From: Bacteroidales bacterium
Lineage (GTDB): Bacteria; Bacteroidota; Bacteroidia; Bacteroidales; UBA932
Assembly: GCA_024401975.1 (NCBI GenBank)
Contig: JAKSKB010000001.1
Coordinates: 12,542-76,541, forward strand
Length of the DNA: 64,000 bases
Direction: 5' to 3'
The notes beneath the pieces are model-generated. The model saw only the letters and a list, made by a program, of their open reading frames with translations. It was not told the DNA's origin and did no database searches. The translations under genes were made by a program, and so were the position numbers. Shown piece by piece: positions 1 to 8,190 of this stretch; the first letter of the stretch is position 1, and the number at the start of each line of letters is the position of its first letter.

Positions 1-408
1 GACGGGAGCATCAAGCAGCGGATGAAGGACCTTCGGGAAAGAGAACATCTCACACAGGCCGAAATGGCCGAGAGACTCGGTATGTCGTTGCGTGCCTACA
101 ACGCACTGGAGACGGGGGACACCCACATATTCCACAAGAAACTTGAAGAATTCGCCGCCATCACGCAGACAGGCATCGAGGAGATCGTCATCGGCACCGG
201 CCGGGATTCCGGTGACAGGACACTGAAGGACTCTTTCGAATTTCTCAGGGAAAAAGACCTCAGACGCATTGCCGAATATGAGAGGATGCTTGAGATGGAA
301 CGCAGGACCATAGAACAGCAGAAGGAACTCATAGTTTCTCTCCAGGCACAACTGAAAGACAAGCAAAAACTCATTTCTCTTTTGGAGAAACAAATGGGAA
401 ATGACTAA
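1..408 (+). CDS. XRE-family helix-turn-helix regulator with C-terminal coiled coil (5' end may lie outside the window)
   Basis: LREREHLTQAEMAERLGMSLRAYNALETG is an HTH_3-type motif. The C-terminus is a charged heptad coiled coil. The frame is open from base 1 (DGSIKQRM), so ATG 22 may not be the start. Confidence 0.8.
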   Translation, partial: DGSIKQRMKDLREREHLTQAEMAERLGMSLRAYNALETGDTHIFHKKLEEFAAITQTGIEEIVIGTGRDSGDRTLKDSFEFLREKDLRRIAEYERMLEMERRTIEQQKELIVSLQAQLKDKQKLISLLEKQMGND

Positions 409-413
409 CTTTG
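406..413 (+). promoter_or_regulatory. Bacteroidota -7 promoter element (TAACTTTG) for rnhB
   Basis: Exact TAnnTTTG overlapping the XRE stop codon, 5 nt before ATG 419. Confidence 0.6.
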
Positions 414-418
414 CGGCT

Positions 419-1033
419 ATGCCGCGTGAAATCCATCTTCTTGACAGAAAGTATCAGGACCTTGTCGAAGCAGGTCTGGACGAGGCCGGAAGAGGTCCTC
501 TCGCCGGTCCGGTGTTCGCCGCGGCGGTGATTCTGCCGGAAGGATTCCATCATTCTCTGCTGAACGATTCCAAACAGATGAAAGAGAAGGACAGAGAACT
601 GCTCCGCGGGATTATCGAAAGAGAGGCGGTCTCCTGGGCTGTGGAAATGGTGGACGTGGAAGAGATAGACAGTCTCAACATCTTGTGGGCCTCCGTTACG
701 GGGATGCAGCGAGCCGCCGCCCGCCTGACGGTACGCCCCGACATTCTCCTCGTGGACGGCAACCGTTTCCGCCCGTTCGGGGGATTCCGCTACGAGACCG
801 TGGTGCACGGAGATGCGACTTTCGCATCGATTGCAGCGGCATCCGTGCTTGCGAAGACGGCGAGGGACGAATATATGCGGGCTCTGGCCGGAAAGTTCCC
901 TAAATACGGATGGGACAGGAATATGGGATATCCTACGGCTGAACATCTTGCGGCCATAAAGAAGTACGGCTATACGGAACATCACCGCAAGTCCTTCCAT
1001 CCCAAGGAATTGGAACCTACGTTGTTCGATTGA
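419..1033 (+). CDS. rnhB: ribonuclease HII
   Basis: AGLDEAGRGPLAGPV, LNDSK, LVDGN, GDA-SIAAASVLAK and HHRKSF motifs. Start moved from 401 to ATG 419, downstream of the promoter element. Confidence 0.95.
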   Translation: MPREIHLLDRKYQDLVEAGLDEAGRGPLAGPVFAAAVILPEGFHHSLLNDSKQMKEKDRELLRGIIEREAVSWAVEMVDVEEIDSLNILWASVTGMQRAAARLTVRPDILLVDGNRFRPFGGFRYETVVHGDATFASIAAASVLAKTARDEYMRALAGKFPKYGWDRNMGYPTAEHLAAIKKYGYTEHHRKSFHPKELEPTLFD

Positions 1034-1055
1034 AAGAACGGAACTTTTTTGTCAT

Positions 1056-2126
1056 TCACCCCACGTCCTTCGCGGCAAGGGAACGGGCAAGTTCCAGGAA
1101 GGCGAGCGCATCCGGCCCGGAACCGAGCGCAACGGGTTCTCCTTCATCACCGCTCTCGCGTATCCCCTGCACCAGAGGAATCCTCGCAAGAAGATCCAGC
1201 CCGAAAGTTTCAGCCAGTTTTGCGCCCCCGTCCCTGCCGAAGATGAAATATTTGTTGTCAGGCAATTCGGCCGGAGTGAACCAGGCCATATTTTCCACTA
1301 TCCCCAGTACAGGCCGGTTGACGTTGGGGTTCCGGAACATACTGACGCCTTTCTCCACGTCGGCCAGAGCCACCTTCTGAGGGGTCGTCACTATGACAGC
1401 GCCTTTCATAGGGACATCCTGGACAAGACTGATATGGATGTCCCCCGTTCCCGGCGGCATATCTATCAGAAGGAAGTCGAGTTCCCCCCACCTGACTTGA
1501 AGTATCATCTGTTTCAAGGCATTGCAGGCCATAGGGCCTCTCCAGATAAGAGCCTGTCCTTTCTGCGCGAAATAGCCTATGCTCATCCACTTCACACCGA
1601 ATTTCACTATGGGGAGAATCCATTCCCTCCCTTCTTCATCCGTTTCGGCCTCCGGTGTGAGGCCTTCCGTACCAGTCATTACAGGGACAGAAGGACCATA
1701 AACGTCGGCATCGGCGAGTCCCACTCTGTATCCGAGACGCGCAAGGGCGATTGCCAGATTGACGGCGACGGTCGATTTGCCGACACCGCCCTTTCCTGAG
1801 GCTATGCCTATGATGCTCTTCACCCCGCTGATTTGCGAATCATCAAGCGAGGTCACGTCATTTTTCTTCCGGGCAGAATCTTCCTCCACCACGGTCTTCA
1901 CCTCGGTCTTTACCGAAGCGGGCAGATGGCGCACGAGAGCGGCCTTTACCGCACCTACAAGGTATTCCGCGAGAGGGTCGCGTTTCTTGGGGAACGCGAG
2001 AGTCACGCATACGCGCGCCTCCCCGACCTCGATGGACTGTACCATATTGAGGGACACTATGTCCCTGTCCTCCCTTGCCGGATGCCGGACCTCGCGCAGG
2101 AAGGCCGATATTTCCTGTTTTGTCAT
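1056..2126 (-). CDS. mrp: Mrp/NBP35 (ApbC) family Fe-S cluster carrier ATPase
   Basis: N-terminal FeS_assembly_P-like domain; ASGKGGVGKST, DADVYGPS, WRGPM, DMPPGTGD, VTTPQ, GIVENM. Confidence 0.93.
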   Translation of the reverse strand: MTKQEISAFLREVRHPAREDRDIVSLNMVQSIEVGEARVCVTLAFPKKRDPLAEYLVGAVKAALVRHLPASVKTEVKTVVEEDSARKKNDVTSLDDSQISGVKSIIGIASGKGGVGKSTVAVNLAIALARLGYRVGLADADVYGPSVPVMTGTEGLTPEAETDEEGREWILPIVKFGVKWMSIGYFAQKGQALIWRGPMACNALKQMILQVRWGELDFLLIDMPPGTGDIHISLVQDVPMKGAVIVTTPQKVALADVEKGVSMFRNPNVNRPVLGIVENMAWFTPAELPDNKYFIFGRDGGAKLAETFGLDLLARIPLVQGIRESGDEGEPVALGSGPDALAFLELARSLAAKDVG

Positions 2127-2145
2127 TTCTTTGAAGTTTAATGTG

Positions 2146-2185
2146 CAAATTTATGATTTTCCATCATATTATTTATCTATCTTTG
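2146..2185. promoter_or_regulatory. divergent -7 promoter elements for mrp (minus) and aspS (plus)
   Basis: TAAATTTG on the minus strand at 2146-2153 and TATCTTTG on the plus strand at 2178-2185. Confidence 0.6.
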
Positions 2186-2208
2186 CAAGATAAAAATCAA
2201 TTTCAGCA

Positions 2209-3945
2209 ATGTACAGGACACACAATTGCGGAGAACTCCGCATAGGCAATGCGGGACAGAAGGTCACCCTCGCGGGATGGGTGCAGAAAGCAAGGAATCT
2301 GGGCGCAATGACTTTCGTGGATTTGCGTGACCGCTACGGCATCACCCAACTGGTGCTCGAAGGGACTCCCGAACTCGGTCGCGAGTACGTTATACAAGTT
2401 GTCGGGACCGTGGTCGAAAGAGAAAACAAAAATCCCAAGATGCCCACGGGCGACATAGAAATCAAGGTTGAAAGCATAAACGTACTCAACAAGTCGGTGA
2501 CTCCTCCGTTCACGATAGAGGAAGTCTCGGACGGAGGCGAGGACCTCAGGGCGAAGTACCGCTATCTGGATCTCCGCCGAGCACCGCTCCAGAGGGCGCT
2601 GGCTCTGCGCCACCGTCTTGCGCAGGAGATAAGGAACTACCTGGACGGAGAAGGTTTTATGGAAATAGAGACTCCGTATCTGATAAAATCCACTCCGGAA
2701 GGGGCACGCGACTTCGTGGTCCCTTCCCGTATGAATCCCGGAGAGTTCTATGCTCTGCCGCAAAGTCCGCAGACCTTCAAACAACTCCTCATGGTAGCCG
2801 GATACGACCGCTATTTCCAGATTGTCCGCTGCTTCCGCGACGAAGACCTCAGAGCCGACCGCCAGCCGGAATTCACGCAGATTGACTGCGAGATGAGCTT
2901 CGTGGAGCAGGAAGACGTGCTCAACACTTTCGAAGGAATGATGCGTCGTATGTTCCGCAATGCCCTCGGAGTTGAAATTCCGGACCCTCTTCCGCGTATG
3001 AGCTGGTACGATGCGATGGACAACTACGGGTCCGACAAGCCGGACATCCGTTTCGGAATGAAGATTCATCAGATCAGCGAACTCGTGAAGGGACAGGGAT
3101 TCTCCGTATTCGACAACGCTCCCTATGTCGGAGCCATTGCCGTACCGGGATGCGCGGGATATACCCGCAAACAACTTGACGAACTCACCGAATGGGTCAA
3201 GAGGCCTCAGGTAGGGGCGAAAGGGCTCGTCTATATCAGACTCGGGCAGGACGGAACCAAGTCTTCCGTTGACAAGTTCTACACTCCGGAGCAGATAGCT
3301 GCCATAGCCGATGCGGCGGGAGCCGTAACGGGAGACCTCGTCCTCATCCTATGTGGTGAGAAAAGAAAGACTCAGACGATGCTCGGCGTTCTGCGCATAG
3401 AGATGGGCAACAGGCTCGGACTGAGAGATCCGAAAGTGTTTTCCCCTCTGTGGATAGTGGACTTCCCTCTTCTTGAGTGGGATGACGAAACTCAGAGATT
3501 CTACGCGATGCACCACCCGTTCACTGCGCCCAAGCCGGAGCACGAGAAATGGTTCTGGTCCGACAGCAAGGAAGACCTTGAAAGAGTGTGCGCCAACGCA
3601 TACGACTTTGTATTGAACGGCACGGAACTCGGCGGCGGCTCCATCCGCATCCACAACGCCGATATGCAGAAACGTATGTTCGAAGTGCTGGGAATCGGTC
3701 CCGAGGAAGCAGAGCGCAAGTTCGGCTTCATCATCAACGCATTCAAGTTCGGCGCTCCGCCTCACGGAGGTCTGGCATTCGGCTTCGACCGGGTATGCGC
3801 CCTGTTCGGAGGACAGGAGACCATACGCGACTATATCGCTTTCCCCAAAAACAATCAGGGTCGCGACGTGATGATTGACTCTCCGTCAGCAATAGACGAC
3901 ATCCAGATGCAGGAACTCTGCATAGCCTCTACGGCATCAAGATGA
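2209..3945 (+). CDS. aspS: aspartate--tRNA ligase
   Basis: [72 protein letters not shown]. Confidence 0.98.
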   Translation: MYRTHNCGELRIGNAGQKVTLAGWVQKARNLGAMTFVDLRDRYGITQLVLEGTPELGREYVIQVVGTVVERENKNPKMPTGDIEIKVESINVLNKSVTPPFTIEEVSDGGEDLRAKYRYLDLRRAPLQRALALRHRLAQEIRNYLDGEGFMEIETPYLIKSTPEGARDFVVPSRMNPGEFYALPQSPQTFKQLLMVAGYDRYFQIVRCFRDEDLRADRQPEFTQIDCEMSFVEQEDVLNTFEGMMRRMFRNALGVEIPDPLPRMSWYDAMDNYGSDKPDIRFGMKIHQISELVKGQGFSVFDNAPYVGAIAVPGCAGYTRKQLDELTEWVKRPQVGAKGLVYIRLGQDGTKSSVDKFYTPEQIAAIADAAGAVTGDLVLILCGEKRKTQTMLGVLRIEMGNRLGLRDPKVFSPLWIVDFPLLEWDDETQRFYAMHHPFTAPKPEHEKWFWSDSKEDLERVCANAYDFVLNGTELGGGSIRIHNADMQKRMFEVLGIGPEEAERKFGFIINAFKFGAPPHGGLAFGFDRVCALFGGQETIRDYIAFPKNNQGRDVMIDSPSAIDDIQMQELCIASTASR

Positions 3946-3954
3946 CAATCGCTG

Positions 3955-6039
3955 TCATTCGATTCCGGCAAAGGAGCATTCAAACTCCCAGAATCTGTCA
4001 CTGAGGTCTGCAACAGGTCGTTTTTCATCGAAGGCCTTCATCACTTCGTCGAAGAACATCTGCCAACGGGGTTTGTAGTACTCTTCGACAAGTCCGTCAA
4101 AATCCCTTGCAGCATAGTCCAGAAGGCTCGACCCCCACACTGTGATGAGTGTACGTGCATTCATTTCATAGTAATCCTTCTGTTCCTCTGTGACGCCCCA
4201 GCTGCGTGCATCCCCGACCCAGCGGTCCATGGAGAATTCAGGACGGGATCTCAGGACAGCGGTCAAGGAGTCCATCAGGGCAAGGAAATTATCTTTTGCC
4301 GCCACCATCCCGTCACGGTCGGCCGCCTTGTATGCTTCTTCGAAACGGTTGAGTGCAGGAGTTGCCATATTGTCAAGCACCTGTCTGCGCGTGTTGGCAC
4401 GGTCGAATGCCAGAGCGTTGCTCTCCCCTCGGACTGTGTTAAGAATGTCCTCCGCCTTCTCAAGTTCCTCAGGGTCATATCCGTGTCCTCTGGCATCGCC
4501 GTTCTTCCATCCGATATCGAAACCGAATCGTGGACGCGCGGTGAAGATGGATGCGTGGTCAACAAACTCATGCTGGATCCTTACGTGTTCGTCCATATGG
4601 TGCCAGAAGGCACGGTACTGTCCGTCCACCCTGCCCAGACGACGGTCTGCGATATTGTCGATGTACTCGTCCACATCTTTGCCGGTATCCCACGCGCGTG
4701 ACATCACGTGCTCGTAAAGCGGCTCGTTGACACCGAATCCTTCAAGTGTGGACCCCACGCCCTTGAAGGACGGACCGCCGTCGGCAAAGACTTCATCAAG
4801 ATTCTTCGAATTGGTATGTATATTACCCTCTATGGCTGTGGCTCCACCGAAATTGCCCAGATAGCACCAGATGAAGTCCTGCCCTGAAAAACAGTCCAGA
4901 CGCCTCCATAACGACCTGGCGTCGCAGCAGTAGTCCAGCATAATCAGGCGGCCTTTCGGAACTGCTGAAAGATATGCGTCGATAGTTTCCGGTGTCCATA
5001 TAGAAGCCAGGAACATCCACCCCATCTGAAGCCATTTCGCTTCGGGGTCGGCATTTTCCAGCGATTCGTAAATACCCTTGGAAATCGTTGCCATTGTTGC
5101 CGCGTCGCTGGCGGGAAGGTCGAGTTCGTTGAATGCATCCACGCTGTAGATATGGTCACTGCCATACATTGCAGTCTGCTCTTCGATGAAGACCTTCTGA
5201 ATTGCGGCAAAATGAGGATCCATAGGATTGAGGAGGGTGCAGTTGAACTCCTCATCAAAACCGCACCAGCTGGTTTTGAATGTCCTCAGTTCCGTCCCAA
5301 GCGATTGCGCCAGATCTCCCGGTATGCGGCCGTTAAACCCGGGGAGTACAGGATGCATCCCGAGTTCACGCTCACGGGCGACAATCTTCCTCTGGAGTTC
5401 CGCGTGGGCGTCTATCCACTCCTGGGGGAGGGGACTTTGCCAATGGTTTATATTGTTCATCTGATGCCACGGGAGATGTGCAGGCCCCGTGAAGTATGAG
5501 CGTATCTGCTCATCCGTCATTCCGAACCTTCTCCACACCTTCTGCCACACGGCTTCCTGCCCGGTAGTCGCAAGCGGCATATTGACTCCGTTGAGGGCCA
5601 TCCAGTCAATGAACCGTTCCCATTGGTTCCAGTTCCAGAAAGGCAATGTATAACCATAGGTGCAGTAGTTCAGGAAAAACCTGTACGGGAGAAGAGATTC
5701 GACCCTTACTTTCTCCGGCACCGGCGGAAGTGTCTCGGGAAGTTCCACGGGATTGTAGTCGTACCAAGACACTTGTGCAAGACAATATTCCTGGAGATAT
5801 CTGTTGAGCCCCATTGCCATCGAATTGGCATTGTTTCCCCTGATGACCACGCGGTTCCTGACTGTTTCGATTTCATAGACGTCCTTCTGTTCACCCTTCA
5901 GTGTCTCGAAGCGGATGGAAGCGGATTTTTCCCCGATAATGCGCTCCGCGAGGGCCTTGGCCGATTTCGTCCCGGTATCGCAGGCGGACAGGAGAAAGAA
6001 AACAGGAAGCGCAAGGATGAGATGCTTTGCTTTTTTCAT
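3955..6039 (-). CDS. alpha-N-acetylglucosaminidase (GH89), lipoprotein
   Basis: Lipobox LLSAC; NYCTYGYT, IDWMALNGVNMPL, FTGPAHLPW; catalytic-Glu motifs DAFNE and STLEG; NARTLITVWG, DYA. Confidence 0.9.
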   Translation of the reverse strand: MKKAKHLILALPVFFLLSACDTGTKSAKALAERIIGEKSASIRFETLKGEQKDVYEIETVRNRVVIRGNNANSMAMGLNRYLQEYCLAQVSWYDYNPVELPETLPPVPEKVRVESLLPYRFFLNYCTYGYTLPFWNWNQWERFIDWMALNGVNMPLATTGQEAVWQKVWRRFGMTDEQIRSYFTGPAHLPWHQMNNINHWQSPLPQEWIDAHAELQRKIVARERELGMHPVLPGFNGRIPGDLAQSLGTELRTFKTSWCGFDEEFNCTLLNPMDPHFAAIQKVFIEEQTAMYGSDHIYSVDAFNELDLPASDAATMATISKGIYESLENADPEAKWLQMGWMFLASIWTPETIDAYLSAVPKGRLIMLDYCCDARSLWRRLDCFSGQDFIWCYLGNFGGATAIEGNIHTNSKNLDEVFADGGPSFKGVGSTLEGFGVNEPLYEHVMSRAWDTGKDVDEYIDNIADRRLGRVDGQYRAFWHHMDEHVRIQHEFVDHASIFTARPRFGFDIGWKNGDARGHGYDPEELEKAEDILNTVRGESNALAFDRANTRRQVLDNMATPALNRFEEAYKAADRDGMVAAKDNFLALMDSLTAVLRSRPEFSMDRWVGDARSWGVTEEQKDYYEMNARTLITVWGSSLLDYAARDFDGLVEEYYKPRWQMFFDEVMKAFDEKRPVADLSDRFWEFECSFAGIE

Positions 6040-6188
6040 AACTCAATTTGTATCGTGAATCTCACTTTGGCGCACAACGTGCCTTGAAAACGAATTTAAA
6101 CATTAATTTACAATATTCAATATCTGTTTGCAGCCTTTTGTGTAACGCACAAGAAATCGTGCGGAATTGCTATGTCAGAAATAATCCA

Positions 6189-6196
6189 TATATTTG
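6189..6196 (+). promoter_or_regulatory. Bacteroidota -7 promoter element (TATATTTG) upstream of the structured RNA and Rpn gene
   Basis: TAnnTTTG at 6189-6196 with TTG at 6167-6169 as a candidate -33 element. Confidence 0.65.
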
Positions 6197-6202
6197 TGCC
6201 AT

Positions 6203-6355
6203 AGTTCATTTTCAGCGCTGGATTTTCCGGGAGTGAACGATTCGTACCCGGCTGTGGGGAAGCCCAAGTTTGCCGAATGCTTCGGGTAGCGCCGAAGACA
6301 CGGCTGAACCGATAGACCGTTATGCGAGGTCTTTCGGCCGGAAAATCAGGACGCG
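6203..6355 (+). ncRNA. candidate structured ncRNA (multi-stem; possibly Bacteroidales-1 / 6S-like RNA)
   Basis: Perfect 10-bp closing stem 6221-6230/6338-6347; inner stems 6245-6250/6283-6288, 6255-6258/6263-6266, 6291-6294/6301-6304 and 6309-6318/6328-6337; starts just after a promoter. Family identity not verified. Confidence 0.55.
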
Positions 6356-6364
6356 GTCCGGCGT

Positions 6365-6444
6365 TTGATATGATTGATAAGGGGAGAATAGCAGCGGGGC
6401 CGGGGCCTCAGGCCGCCGGAATATTCACTTTATCAATCATTCAA
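6365..6444 (+). promoter_or_regulatory. long hairpin immediately upstream of the Rpn start codon
   Basis: ATGATTGATAA 6370-6380 is the exact reverse complement of TTATCAATCAT 6430-6440. Also TTGA 6365-6368/TCAA 6441-6444 and GAATA 6386-6390/TATTC 6422-6426. ATG at 6448. Confidence 0.6.
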
Positions 6445-6447
6445 GTT

Positions 6448-7416
6448 ATGGCACGCAAGTACCGCAATTTCGTTTATGACGAGAACCAACGTTTCATTTA
6501 CCCGACTTCTGACTGGGGCTTCAAGTATCTTCTTGGCAGCGAGGAGAACAAGGACATCCTGCTGGAACTGCTGAACAGGCTTTTCCCTGATTATCACATC
6601 GAGAGTCTTGAATTCCTCCCGCGCGACATCACCATCCCCGTGGGCAAGATGCGGGACGCCAGCTTTGACGTGCACTGCCGCCTGAGGGACGGGAGCCGCA
6701 TGGTCATCGAGATGCAGAACTACGTGAAAAGTTCTTTCTTCGACCGCTCGACCATCTACACGGCGGCCGCGATTCTGGACCACTATGTCAATTCCAGGAC
6801 CAAGGGCTACTCAATAGGAAAGACCATATTTCTCGCTTTCGCGGGGGATCCTCTTTTCAAGACCGTCGGCAGAACGCCGGTGAGACTGGCGATGTGTGAC
6901 ATCGATGAGCCTCAGACCACACAAAGGAATGACAAGGTATTGCAAATCTTCATCGAGTTACCTAAATTTGCCGGTAGCCTGCAAGAAATCGACGAGGATA
7001 CCCCTTTTCTGGAAAAACTATCATACGTCCTGATGGAAATGGCTGATTGTGAAGATATTCCGGATAACCTTAACGACCCCTTGCTGGAGCGTTTGTTCAA
7101 AGCTGCAGACACCGCAAGAATGAAAGAAGACACCAAGGAGAGTTACATGAAATCCATTCTCGGGGAGGCCGAATACGAGGCCAACCTGGAGGACTGGAAA
7201 GCGGAAGGGCTTGCGGAAGGACTTAAGGAAGGTATGGCCAAAGGACTTGAGGAAGGACTTGAGGAAGGACTTAAGGAAGGTATGGCCAAAGGACTTGCGG
7301 AAGGACGGGCGGAAGGTCAGCGGGAAGTGGCAAAGAAGATGAAAGCGGAAGGACTCGCCCCCGAACTGATATCCTGTTGCACGGGATTGTCCGTTGATGA
7401 AATCGGAAAGTTGTAA
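6448..7416 (+). CDS. Rpn family PD-(D/E)XK nuclease (PDDEXK_2 / 'putative transposase')
   Basis: PTSDWGFKYLLG, FDVHC...VIEMQ, FIELPKF, (xEGx)n coiled-coil repeats and the C-terminal VAKKMKAEGL...TGLSVDEI. Start moved to ATG 6448 because the upstream extension is GC-rich RNA stem sequence. Confidence 0.88.
   Translation: MARKYRNFVYDENQRFIYPTSDWGFKYLLGSEENKDILLELLNRLFPDYHIESLEFLPRDITIPVGKMRDASFDVHCRLRDGSRMVIEMQNYVKSSFFDRSTIYTAAAILDHYVNSRTKGYSIGKTIFLAFAGDPLFKTVGRTPVRLAMCDIDEPQTTQRNDKVLQIFIELPKFAGSLQEIDEDTPFLEKLSYVLMEMADCEDIPDNLNDPLLERLFKAADTARMKEDTKESYMKSILGEAEYEANLEDWKAEGLAEGLKEGMAKGLEEGLEEGLKEGMAKGLAEGRAEGQREVAKKMKAEGLAPELISCCTGLSVDEIGKL
7201..7320 (+). repeat. 10 x 12-bp in-frame tandem repeat (AEGL/KEGM/AKGL/EEGL)
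   Basis: Units such as gcggaaggactt, aaggaaggtatg, gccaaaggactt and gaggaaggactt. An exact 35-bp duplication lies at 7215-7249 and 7263-7297 (48-bp period). Confidence 0.9.
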
Positions 7417-7445
7417 CATCCCGGTATCACATTCAAGAACACTGA

Positions 7446-8066
7446 CAGTCATCCCGTCACAGTCCGGACAATATTTCACAGGAGACCACACAAGTGAATG
7501 CCAGGGTCGTATTCTCTCCGACCATAGGATACCGCATCAATGACAAGTGGTCGGCCGGCGTGAAGATAGGATATGCCCCGACGTTTATCACCTTATCTAC
7601 AAATGACAGCGAATCGGGAGAAATACTGACAAACAGAAAACAGCGTCAAGACAATATCAACCTGGATTTCTTCGGAAGATACACCATCTGGGGAATCAAC
7701 GGATTCAACATCTGCCTGCAGGGCGAACTCCAGAGCGGTTACATCCACTCAAAAATGACCCGTCCGACAGCCAAGAAAGCATTGCTTACAGCCGTCCTTG
7801 CACCGGATGAGGTTTCGCGTGGCTTCCAGGTAGGGGTCACCCTCTTCCCGCTGCTTACCTATGATATCACCAAACACCTGTCCGTTCTCGCTGAGCTCAA
7901 CATACTGGGGGTCAGCTACTACTTCAAAAAAGACTTCATCACTTCCACCTATACCTCTATCGAGGATGGGGAGAAAAGCGTCACATCAAGCCAGTCTCAG
8001 AATTCAGTCACCCTGAATCTTAACAGCAAGGCCTCCCTCAAGTTCGGTATCGAATACAGGTTCTAA
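7446..8066 (+). pseudogene. 5'-truncated outer membrane beta-barrel protein gene
   Basis: FSPTIGYRINDKWSAGVKIGY, amphipathic strands and C-terminal KFGIEYRF. No signal peptide or N-terminal ATG; in-frame stop at 7443-7445. Confidence 0.6.
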
Positions 8067-8072
8067 GAAAAG

Positions 8073-8167
8073 ACCCGCTGGAACGAAGTGCAAGCGGCAT
8101 GCCCCACCGGGGCGGCTGCGTCAGCAGCGGGGGTAAGACAAAAGGGGTTGACCAAAAAGTCAACCCC
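8073..8167 (+). repeat. dispersed palindromic repeat element (REP/MITE-like), copy 1
   Basis: 95 bp matching the reverse complement of 49214-49308 except for one substitution (8114) and the 6-nt terminal loop. Confidence 0.9.
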
Positions 8168-8175
8168 TCTTTTTT
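8140..8175. terminator. probable bidirectional intrinsic terminator
   Basis: AAAAGGGGTTGAC-CAAAAA-GTCAACCCCTCTTTTT between the convergent barrel gene and tsf. Confidence 0.75.
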
Positions 8176-8190
8176 ACCTTTATACCGTTA

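Noticed and set aside
6225-6335. Resemblance of the structured RNA to cobalamin or TPP riboswitches or an HDV-like ribozyme
   Set aside because: Only fragments match (CCCG.CTGT, GGGAAG, GCTGAA, CGAATG). Core elements and their order are missing, and the downstream gene is unrelated.
7201-7320. Tandem repeats as a CRISPR or guide array
   Set aside because: The units are in-frame 12-bp coding repeats with no unique spacers, and no cas genes are present.
6448-7416. Calling the Rpn gene an IS element
   Set aside because: No terminal inverted repeats or target duplication flank it, and the 'transposase' label for this family is not supported by demonstrated transposition.
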